Shown here: in pieces, positions 18,925-26,658 of the stretch
How the letters are laid out: the number at the start of each line of letters is the position of its first letter
Position numbering within the stretch: position 1 is the stretch's first letter
Assembly (NCBI GenBank): GCA_038227875.1
Contig: JBBRPR010000032.1
Span: forward strand, 1-64,000
Length of the DNA: 64,000 bases
Origin: Planctomycetota bacterium
GTDB taxonomy: Bacteria > Planctomycetota > SZUA-567 > H5-PLA8
Direction: 5' to 3'
Notes under the pieces: model-generated
What the model saw: only the letters and a program-made list of their open reading frames with translations
What the model was told of the DNA's origin: nothing
Databases searched by the model: none
Position numbers and translations under genes: made by a program

Positions 18925-19238
18925 CCCTCCCGCCTCCCTCGCCGCGTCAAGGGTACCAACTCCGCCTCACCACCGTGGTCGCCATAACGCTCTGCGCCGG
19001 CATGCTCTTTTACCTGAACCTGACCTGTTGCTGGGTGGTCGACTATTCCGACTTTTGCGATACGCACTACGGCTTTCCCTGCGACGCATCAACGACTCGC
19101 GTATACCGGGACCTCGCTGTAACAACGACATACATCAATTGGAATGGCGCAACGGTCAACTTCGCGCTCGCCGTCGCAATCGTCATCTGCGCCGCCAAAC
19201 TCGCGGAGTTTGTTGCCCGACCCGCAGATGCCGAATAA
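18921..19238 (+). CDS. Membrane protein, array member 4
   Basis: RQGYQLRLTT..AGMLFYLN..YGFP..NFALAVAIVICAAKLAE; ATGA overlap. Confidence 0.75.
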   Translation: MTLPPPSPRQGYQLRLTTVVAITLCAGMLFYLNLTCCWVVDYSDFCDTHYGFPCDASTTRVYRDLAVTTTYINWNGATVNFALAVAIVICAAKLAEFVARPADAE

Positions 19239-19285
19239 TTCATCGTTCCATCCGTCGCCGTTCGCTTTGCGTGAGATTAAAACCG

Positions 19286-20935
19286 CTATCGCCGAAACTC
19301 CGGCTCGACCTTCAACTTCGGCGAGGGCTGAGTCTGTGGTTGCGGCTGCGGCTCCGGCTGGGTTTGCGGTGGAGTGTTCGCCGGCGGCTCCGGCATCAAC
19401 GGCGTGAAACTTTCGTCTTTCTTCTCTTCCTCCAGCGAGAACGCCGGACAATACAGCCCCTTCCGCTCGCGCGTCCACCACGAGCCGTCCGCGCCGGATT
19501 TAAAATCCGTGAACGTGTAGAGATAAATCGAGGCGCGCACGAACTTCGGCGGCGCATCGGGGAAGGGATTGCTGCCCAGCAGGCCCAGCACCTCCGGAGA
19601 GCCTTCCAGGATCCGCTGCAGCAACTGCGCCACCCACGGGCTGTCCTGGTAACGCCGCATCGCCGCGAACCACATCTGCCAATCCAGCCGCGGCTGGTAC
19701 GGTGCGATGAACGACGGACGTCGGCGCACGTCGCCGGGCTTGTAGCGGAACTCGTACTCCTTCCACGCCTCGCCGTCCATGCTCCCTTCGATCACAATCT
19801 CCGGCCGTTGCGTTGTCATCTGCTCAAACAACCCGTACGCCGCGACGCTGCGAAACGGTGCGACGGCGTTGGCCGTGCCTGTCACGAACTCCGGCCACGG
19901 AATATTCGCATGCATGCGGTCGAGCATCGCGACAGTGCTCAAGCAGACGATCAGCACCGCCAGCGGGGCGAGCAGGTATTTGCGCCAGCGCGGTGAAGCC
20001 ACATCCGACGCCAGCCGCGGCTGCACCAGAAATCCCCGCAGGCGCGCCGGAAACGCTGTGTCTTCCAGCAGCGGAATGCAGAGCACAATCGTGAGCAGAT
20101 TGAAGAACGCGTAGTTGCCCGTCACCATCAGCAGCACTTGAAACACGACCATGATGTACGCGCCGAGATGCCGGATGCGCCGCGGCGCGAAAATCGAGAA
20201 CGGTACAATCAACTCCACGAAGTACACAAACAAGACGGTCGCTTTCTGAAGCCAGGCCGGCGCTTGATGCATAAGCCAGCTCGTCCACGCCGGCAGCGGC
20301 TGCGTCATGTAATGAACGTTCAGCGCCGAGAGATTCCGCCACGTCGGATCGCCGCCGGAAAGCTTCACCACGCCGGAACTGAACATCAGCCGGAAGAGCA
20401 GCCAGCGCAGCAGCCACAGCGCAATCATCGACGGTTCATCGTCGCGGTTGCGTTTGAGGAAGTTGGTGATCGGCGCGAAAAAGATCGCCAGAAATCCCGT
20501 CTCCAGCAACAGCGCGTCCCACTGAAAACCGAGGAACACCTGCCCGATATTGAAAAGCGAGAGATAGAGCACCCACAACACAATCGACGCAATGATGGGC
20601 ACGACGCCGGCGATCATCAGCACGGAGACGATCATGCCCGCCGCGCAGACGGCATGAAGCGCCGTGTCGCTGGCGCTGAACCAGAAAACCGTGGGCAGCA
20701 GGTAGTACGCGGTCGATCCATGAAGCTCATGGACATCCGTGAGCAGTTCTTGAGCCGGCAAAATCCCGCGCTGCCCGTAGAGCCCGCCCATCTGGAAGTA
20801 CAGCGACGCAAACGCGATCAAATAAACGCAACCCAGCCCGCGGAGAAAGATCCAGCGCGTGAGGAAGTAACTGGGGTCCGCGACCGTGTCGGATCCGTAG
20901 AACAAGGTGGAGAGCCACGAACGCGGGGACGTCAT
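19286..20935 (-). CDS. Lipase maturation factor (LMF1) family membrane protein
   Basis: FLGFQWDALLLETGFL, FRLMFSSGVVKL, HYMTQPLP, APYQPRLDWQMWFAA. Confidence 0.92.
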   Translation of the reverse strand: MTSPRSWLSTLFYGSDTVADPSYFLTRWIFLRGLGCVYLIAFASLYFQMGGLYGQRGILPAQELLTDVHELHGSTAYYLLPTVFWFSASDTALHAVCAAGMIVSVLMIAGVVPIIASIVLWVLYLSLFNIGQVFLGFQWDALLLETGFLAIFFAPITNFLKRNRDDEPSMIALWLLRWLLFRLMFSSGVVKLSGGDPTWRNLSALNVHYMTQPLPAWTSWLMHQAPAWLQKATVLFVYFVELIVPFSIFAPRRIRHLGAYIMVVFQVLLMVTGNYAFFNLLTIVLCIPLLEDTAFPARLRGFLVQPRLASDVASPRWRKYLLAPLAVLIVCLSTVAMLDRMHANIPWPEFVTGTANAVAPFRSVAAYGLFEQMTTQRPEIVIEGSMDGEAWKEYEFRYKPGDVRRRPSFIAPYQPRLDWQMWFAAMRRYQDSPWVAQLLQRILEGSPEVLGLLGSNPFPDAPPKFVRASIYLYTFTDFKSGADGSWWTRERKGLYCPAFSLEEEKKDESFTPLMPEPPANTPPQTQPEPQPQPQTQPSPKLKVEPEFRR

Positions 20936-21702
20936 GTCGGTTTATCGGTCTGAGTGGGCTTGAGTGGGTCGTTGAGCAGCGACTTGGGAATCGGCTTCGA
21001 CCCCGAAAGCATCATGGAGATACCGGCAATGAAAAGCCCGGTCGGTAAAATTATGATTCTGGCAGAGGAATGGATCATGAGCTGGATGCCGAATAGAAGC
21101 ACCGCGCAGCACACCATTCCCAATCCAGTCATGTTGATGCCCGATTGAGAATTTTCAATCGTGTCGCTCCGCTCTGCGCGAACCTTCTGGAGCAGGGCAT
21201 CAGACTGCGGCAAGTCCAGCCCCGCCGCGGCCAGGTAACGCGCGATGTCGACTGGCGCCACATCGTCCCGCAGCCAGCCCGCGAGGTATTCTTCCAGCCG
21301 CGCTTTTCGCGACTCCAATTCCAGATCCCGCAAACTCAGCATCGCATCCAGCACGCCGTCGACCGGCGCGCGCACCAGGCTTTCCTCGACGTTTTCCGTC
21401 TCGAACGCCTGCGCGACGCTCTCGTCTTCCGATTTGTTGCGTGCCTTGGCGATCACGTCCTTCGCCCGTTCCTGCAGCGCGCGCGGCACGCAGATCCGCG
21501 TCTCGTACGCGCTGTTGATCAGTCCGCCCAGATTGTCGTTGCGCATTGCCGCCGGAATTTCCGCGTCCTCCAGCGTCTCCGAGATAAACACCGCCTCCGG
21601 AGTCGTCCGCGCAATGGCGACGACCACAAGGTCCTGCATCTCGTCTTCCGAAAGATCCTTGGCGGATCGGGAATCAGGCGAAGTGGGCGGCTCGTTTTCC
21701 AT
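20932..21702 (-). CDS. DUF2007-like N-terminal domain membrane protein
   Basis: EAVFISETLEDAEIPA..RICVP pattern, two C-terminal TM helices, 4-nt overlap with the LMF gene. Confidence 0.6.
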   Translation of the reverse strand: MENEPPTSPDSRSAKDLSEDEMQDLVVVAIARTTPEAVFISETLEDAEIPAAMRNDNLGGLINSAYETRICVPRALQERAKDVIAKARNKSEDESVAQAFETENVEESLVRAPVDGVLDAMLSLRDLELESRKARLEEYLAGWLRDDVAPVDIARYLAAAGLDLPQSDALLQKVRAERSDTIENSQSGINMTGLGMVCCAVLLFGIQLMIHSSARIIILPTGLFIAGISMMLSGSKPIPKSLLNDPLKPTQTDKPT

Positions 21703-21734
21703 AGTGGATCAGCCTCAGTCGTGTGAATAAAGTG

Positions 21735-21772
21735 AGCCGCACGCGCCGGGATCAATAACGACGCGTGCGGCT
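21735..21772 (-). terminator. Stem-loop after the oxidoreductase gene
   Basis: 11-bp inverted repeat AGCCGCACGCG..CGCGTGCGGCT. Confidence 0.5.
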
Positions 21773-21787
21773 TTAACAGCTGTGACG

Positions 21788-22864
21788 TTAGTCGATCTTG
21801 ACTTCCTTGCCCGAGGCCGCCGACGAGTAAATACCGTCGAGCATCTTCTGCACCATCAGCCCGTGTTCGGCCGGCGCGTTCGTCGCCTTGTCGTAGAGAC
21901 AAGCATCGGCGAAGTTGCGCATCTTCAGCCAGAACGCGTCTTCCTTCGGCACGTAATGCGGCGTGGCGTTGAGCATCATGCCGGCGTGATCGTAGTACAT
22001 GCCGAACGGATCCCACGACGCGCCGCCTTTTTCACCGACCAGTGTGAACGAGAACACGTCCTTCTCGATATGCGCCGCGAACGACGATTCAACGTGGATC
22101 ACCGCGCCAGTCTTCATGCGGATCGAACCGGCCGCGAAGTCTTCGACCGTGTAGGTCTTGTAATCCCAGTTCGGCCACCAGCACCAGCCCATCTCCGGCG
22201 GCTTGTTGCCCATGTACGTCCAGACGTTGCCCGACGCTGCGACGGGGTCCGGCGAACCCATGACGTAGTGGGCCATTTCCAGAACGTGCACGCCGATGTC
22301 GATCAGCGGTCCGCCGCCCTGCAGTTCCTTGCGCCCGAAGACGCCCCAGTTCGGAATGCCGCGGCGGCGCAGCGCCTGCACGCGCACGAACAGAACCTTG
22401 CCGAAGACGCCGTCTTCCACCGCCTTGCGCAGCAGGCGGGAGCGCGGGTCGTAGCGGTACTGAAATCCGATCACCAGCAGCTTCTTGTTCTTCTTGGCGG
22501 CGTCGAGCATCTTCTGCCCTTCGACCGCGTTCATCGCCAGCGGCTTTTCGACGATGACATTGCAACCCGCGTTGAGCGCATCGACGGTCGCGGCCATGTG
22601 CAGGCCGTTGGGCGTACAGACGCTGACGGCGTCGAGCTTCGATTCGCTCAGCATCGTCTTCCAGTCGTTGAACATTTTCGTGCCGGGAAACTTCTCGCCA
22701 AACTTCTTGATGCTCGCTTCGCTGACGTCGGACGCCGCGACGACTTCAACGTCCTCCATCTTCTTGTAATGATCGGTGTGCGTGCCGGCGATGCCGCCCG
22801 CTCCGATGATTCCAACGCGCAGCTTCTTCTTGTCCTTGTCCGACTTGCCGTTCTGCTTGGCCAT
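21788..22864 (-). CDS. Gfo/Idh/MocA family oxidoreductase
   Basis: VGIIGAGGIA, DAVSVCTPN..H, VEKPLA, GGGPLIDIGVHVL. Confidence 0.95.
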   Translation of the reverse strand: MAKQNGKSDKDKKKLRVGIIGAGGIAGTHTDHYKKMEDVEVVAASDVSEASIKKFGEKFPGTKMFNDWKTMLSESKLDAVSVCTPNGLHMAATVDALNAGCNVIVEKPLAMNAVEGQKMLDAAKKNKKLLVIGFQYRYDPRSRLLRKAVEDGVFGKVLFVRVQALRRRGIPNWGVFGRKELQGGGPLIDIGVHVLEMAHYVMGSPDPVAASGNVWTYMGNKPPEMGWCWWPNWDYKTYTVEDFAAGSIRMKTGAVIHVESSFAAHIEKDVFSFTLVGEKGGASWDPFGMYYDHAGMMLNATPHYVPKEDAFWLKMRNFADACLYDKATNAPAEHGLMVQKMLDGIYSSAASGKEVKID

Positions 22865-23170
22865 TGCACTGGACCCTTTCACAGGTGGGGTGGGGGGTGG
22901 GTTAAGAACATGAATGGATGATCATTCCGATTTCCTGCATAAGAATCAAGCGCCCTTTGCACGCCGGGCCGCTTAGCCGAGGAGCAGGACTCAATCCTGC
23001 CAATTGCGATTGCCGCGGAAGAGCGACTTTTCAGCACGGCAAAATGAAGAAGCCCAGGTTTTCATGGCCCCAAAATTTGACTTCCCCCCACGCCGTGATG
23101 TATCTTTCCCCTGCCTTGCAGCGTACACGCAAGGTAGCCATGCCCCGCCGGGTGATTCACCTTGGTACGG

Positions 23171-23289
23171 GGCGGGCTGATCAGAGTACGAATCGGCACT
23201 GCCTCGTTTTTCCGTGAGGTGGTGTTTTCAGGTGTCTCGAGGCCCCGTGTGGCCTCGTCGCGCCGGGCGATTCCTCTGGTCAGTCCGCC
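23171..23289 (+). promoter_or_regulatory. Candidate structured 5' leader RNA of the ECF sigma gene
   Basis: A 16-bp basal stem plus a 6-bp stem enclose two hairpins. G-U pairs work only on the + strand. The structure ends just before the AAGGAG RBS. Confidence 0.5.
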
Positions 23290-23306
23290 TGACCAAGGAG
23301 ACGCCG

Positions 23307-23951
23307 GTGAACCCCACCAAGCCTTCCACTCAGACTGAAAACCCCGAATCTGCCGAAGCCGAAACTGCGCAGCTCGTCCGTGCCGCTCAGCACGGTTGTA
23401 CCGACGCGTTCAATCAACTGGCGACGCGCTTTGGAGCGTTCGTCCTCGCCCTCGCGCTCCGCAGACTCAAAAATCTTCATGACGCCGAAGATGAAGCGCA
23501 GAACGTGCTGACCGAAGCGTTTTTGCACCTTCACACGCTGCAGGATCCGACAAAATTCCAGGCATGGCTCAAGCGGCTCGTGCGCAACCGCTGCATCGAC
23601 CGCCTGCGCCGCAAGCGCAACGTCGAATCGCGCGTTGAATTTCACGAGGACGTCAGCCAGGCCGCGTGCGCAGCCCCGCGACTTCGCGCTGAGTCGAAAG
23701 CGCCGGAACTGGCCAGCGCCGTCACGCGGCTGAGCGTGCCGTTGCGCGAAACGCTGGAGCTCCACTATTTCCAGAATTGCTCGCTGAAAGAAATCAGCGC
23801 GCGCCTCAACGTCCCGCTCAATACGGTCAAGCGCCGCCTGCATGACGCGCGGCAGAAGTTGAAAGAAAACAAAGAGTCGTCAAAGAATTCTCAAAATCGT
23901 CCGAACCTTGATCCCGTCCCGTTCGACGTGAATAGCGAGCAAGTTGAGTAA
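23307..23951 (+). CDS. ECF-family RNA polymerase sigma factor
   Basis: DAEDEAQNVL..FQAWLKRLVRNRCIDRLR (region 2); SLKEISARLNVPLNTVKRRLHDAR (region 4); AAGGAG before the GTG at 23307. Confidence 0.92.
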   Translation: MNPTKPSTQTENPESAEAETAQLVRAAQHGCTDAFNQLATRFGAFVLALALRRLKNLHDAEDEAQNVLTEAFLHLHTLQDPTKFQAWLKRLVRNRCIDRLRRKRNVESRVEFHEDVSQAACAAPRLRAESKAPELASAVTRLSVPLRETLELHYFQNCSLKEISARLNVPLNTVKRRLHDARQKLKENKESSKNSQNRPNLDPVPFDVNSEQVE

Positions 23952-23954
23952 AGA

Positions 23955-24189
23955 AAAAACGGAGCCGGCATGAAACCCGGGGAATCGAGACGGTGCTGGA
24001 ATCGAAACCCGCACGGGACGCGCGCCTCTTGATGCGGCGACAGCACAACGCCGCGTCAAGCCGTCTTAAAAAGTTCAGCGGAGACGGTCCATCGCCGCCC
24101 GTTAGTCTACGGTGCTGGGAAGCAAACCGGGCGACGGTGTTCTTTCCGGCGCGGCGACAGCACAACGCCGCGCCGGACCGCTGTTTTTT
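23955..24189 (+). ncRNA. Two tandem ~118-nt structured RNA units (family unidentified) ending in a U-tract
   Basis: ACGGTGCTGG at 23990 and 24109. GCGGCGACAGCACAACGCCGCG at 24034 and 24151. Compensatory changes in the stems. Loop CAGCAC is complementary to the upstream GTGCTG. Confidence 0.6.
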
Positions 24190-24300
24190 GTAGTCCGGGC
24201 GGCTCGCCCGGAAATCGCAACCAAGTCCAAACAATTAACGCGCGGTCAAAAAAACCCAACTATCGCGACAGCGAAGAAACTCCGGGCGAATCCGGACTAC
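24190..24300. repeat. GTAG-type REP doublet (inverted pair), copy A
   Basis: GTAGTCCGGGCGGCTCGCCCGG at the left; degenerate CCGGGCGAATCCGGACTAC at the right. Confidence 0.7.
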
Positions 24301-24312
24301 ACAGGAGGACCC

Positions 24313-24825
24313 ATGTCCGCAACCATTGACTACAACAAAATTGTCCTGCAAATGGCTTCCAGCGATTGGCAGGTCCGCGAAGCCGCGCGCAAAATCCTGG
24401 AGCAAGGCGGGAAGGCCAGCTTGAGTGCCATGAAGCAGGCGTACGCGCATGCCGACTGGCGCGTGCGCCGCGAATGCTTGTCGTTCATGGATCACTTCGC
24501 CGACCAGACCTGCGTCAAGCTGATGGCCAAAGCGCTGAAGGACCCCAACGAAAGTGTGCGCCGCAGTGCGCTTCACAGCCTGCACTGCGACCGTTGCAAA
24601 CCGGCGCCGCTAACCTTCGACATGGTCCCCGAGCTGCTCGACGTCGCGCAACACGACCGCAGCCCGCGCATCCGCCGCAACGCCTTGGGTCTGCTTCAAA
24701 ACAAGAAACCCGACGCGCGGATCGTTCCCGTGATGCAGGCGATTCTGGCCGCGGAAAAAGACGAGCATGTGCGCAGACATGCCACACTCGCGCTCGAACG
24801 CCATCAATTAGCGGAGCCGCAGTGA
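24313..24825 (+). CDS. HEAT/PBS-lyase-like repeat protein with CDRC motif
   Basis: Repeats DWQVREAA, DWRVRREC, NESVRRSA, SPRIRRNA, DEHVRRHA; AGGAGG RBS. Confidence 0.85.
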   Translation: MSATIDYNKIVLQMASSDWQVREAARKILEQGGKASLSAMKQAYAHADWRVRRECLSFMDHFADQTCVKLMAKALKDPNESVRRSALHSLHCDRCKPAPLTFDMVPELLDVAQHDRSPRIRRNALGLLQNKKPDARIVPVMQAILAAEKDEHVRRHATLALERHQLAEPQ

Positions 24826-24843
24826 GAACAAGTCAGAGCAGAG

Positions 24844-25068
24844 CTACTTAGAAGGGGCGGGCGGGGGCGTCGCAGAAGTCGGGGGCGTTGCCGGGTTGGT
24901 CGGCATTCCGCTATCCTCATCGGGAGAATAGTAGGGCGACCCGGGGTCAGCCTGCTTGGGGTTGGTGCGCGGGACCAGCAGAAATCGCAGGGCCGTCAAG
25001 ATCACCGCAACGACGAGCAACGTCGCCACAACCCACTTTCCCGAGACGCCTTTATTTTCTGTCGCCAT
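24844..25068 (-). CDS. Small single-pass membrane protein with Pro-rich tail
   Basis: KWVVATLLVVAVILTALRFLL TM segment. Confidence 0.6.
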   Translation of the reverse strand: MATENKGVSGKWVVATLLVVAVILTALRFLLVPRTNPKQADPGSPYYSPDEDSGMPTNPATPPTSATPPPAPSK

Positions 25069-25221
25069 GTGCACTTCCAGCCATAAGTACGTAATCCACC
25101 GGCCGGCAGCATGCCACTAAGTAAAGGGGTAGCATAATGCATTTTCACCTTGAGACGCGACCTTGGCTGTACGATTGCTTGAGTAACACGTTTGTCGCAA
25201 AATAAGAAAGTCCGAAGGAAA

Positions 25222-26412
25222 GTGAGTCGTAACGTGCGCAAATTTTCACCATGGCTGGCGTTCATTGCAGTTGTTCTGTGCGGGCTTCCGACGGCCCTTC
25301 TCGGCGCTCAGCCGCCGACGATCAACGACATCGATTTTTCGCCCAGCGACACGCCGCTGACCACTGAAGTATTGACGCTCACCGTAGTCGCCAAATCGCC
25401 CGACAATCTGCAATTGAAGATCACCTGGAGCTTCGGCGACGGAGTAGAAGGCGCGTCCGGCACCACGGTCACCCATACGTTTGCCGCAGCGGGCGACTAC
25501 ACCGTCACAGTCACCGTTAGCGACGGGGTCAACCCGAACGTCACTAAGACTATTCACATTCAGGCCATCGCCCCACCTGCGGCGGGAAGTCTGCCGGGCG
25601 TCAATCAGGGCGAGAAACAGGAAAACCCCGACACGGGCGGCAGCTGTACGGTGGTCTCCAGCGTTAATGGCGTCGTGGAGTTGTTGATCAATCAGGCGCC
25701 GCTCAACGCGGTCACATCCAGCATTGCAACCGATTTTGGCGACGGCGGGCGGATCGTGAACGGGCCGCACCCGCGCCACATGTACGCTGCGCCGGGAATT
25801 TACATCGCGACGTCGACGATCAAGGACGAAAGTTCTGGCAGCATGATCGCCCAGATCCGCAAAACGCTGGAAATCTCGAGCGCCGATGTGAATCCCAACG
25901 GTGGCACCACTGCTCCGGCAGTCAGTGGACTCAGCCAGCCCCAGACCCATGCCATCGCGGTCCTGGCGCTGAGCGGCAAGTTCAATCTCAATGCCGACAA
26001 CAAAATCGACACGGCTTCCACCACCTTTGTTGTGGAACTTCCGGCCGGCCTCCACCCGCAGCAGCGCCACGACATCACGCTGAGCGTCGGCAATGTCGTC
26101 GAAACGGTGTCGCTGAACGCCAAAGGTTCCGGCGTGGGCTCCAGCCGCTATAAGAAGGTAAAGGTGGTCTGGCCGAAAACCTTTAGCGGCGCAACGTCGC
26201 TGGGGCAGTCAGCCACTGTCTCCGTGGTCCTCGCTTCGGCGAACCTGGTGGATGCCGGGTTCGACACCGAAGGTGTTTCAAATTTGAAGAAGCGCGTCCA
26301 GACGTCGATTCAGGTGGGCATGTTGTTGGAAGGTATTGCCTGGTCGGGCGCAGGGTCGACGACGCTCAAAGTATCCAAAAACGGCGACATGGTCACAATG
26401 AGCACGAAGTAA
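25222..26412 (+). CDS. Secreted PKD-domain protein (start uncertain)
   Basis: Signal peptide; WSFGDG..THTFAAAGDYTVTVTVSDG and a second TDFGDG..HMYAAPGIY. Confidence 0.85.
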   Translation: MSRNVRKFSPWLAFIAVVLCGLPTALLGAQPPTINDIDFSPSDTPLTTEVLTLTVVAKSPDNLQLKITWSFGDGVEGASGTTVTHTFAAAGDYTVTVTVSDGVNPNVTKTIHIQAIAPPAAGSLPGVNQGEKQENPDTGGSCTVVSSVNGVVELLINQAPLNAVTSSIATDFGDGGRIVNGPHPRHMYAAPGIYIATSTIKDESSGSMIAQIRKTLEISSADVNPNGGTTAPAVSGLSQPQTHAIAVLALSGKFNLNADNKIDTASTTFVVELPAGLHPQQRHDITLSVGNVVETVSLNAKGSGVGSSRYKKVKVVWPKTFSGATSLGQSATVSVVLASANLVDAGFDTEGVSNLKKRVQTSIQVGMLLEGIAWSGAGSTTLKVSKNGDMVTMSTK

Positions 26413-26658
26413 AAAACAGTGTTCAGAATCCAAGAATCTCTTTCTCCGTTCGCACAAACAGCCGATAATATTGCGGTTAATGCAGACGGGAAAATGACGG
26501 ACTTGGCTAAATACCCTTGCATTCCCCAAAAATTGAGCATATAAAAATGAGGCTCAAATCATTGTTTGCTTGCGTGGGGGCTGTAAAGCGGTGCATGCGT
26601 GAATTGCGCGTCGGGCATCCGCAGACTGCGGTGGCCTGACTTTCACGGAGGGGGCAGG

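Noticed and set aside
24003..24025. AAACCC..GGGACGC resembling a c-di-GMP-I riboswitch
   Set aside because: It lacks the GNRA loop and the GCAAAG/P2 elements, and unit 2 does not keep GGGACGC.
23990..24172. Direct repeats considered as a mini CRISPR array
   Set aside because: There are only two units, the ~95-nt inter-repeat segments are themselves partly conserved and structured, and there are no cas genes.
25204..25214. AAGAAAGTCCG resembling the RNase P RNA P4 motif
   Set aside because: No complementary 3' P4 motif, and it runs straight into a PKD gene.
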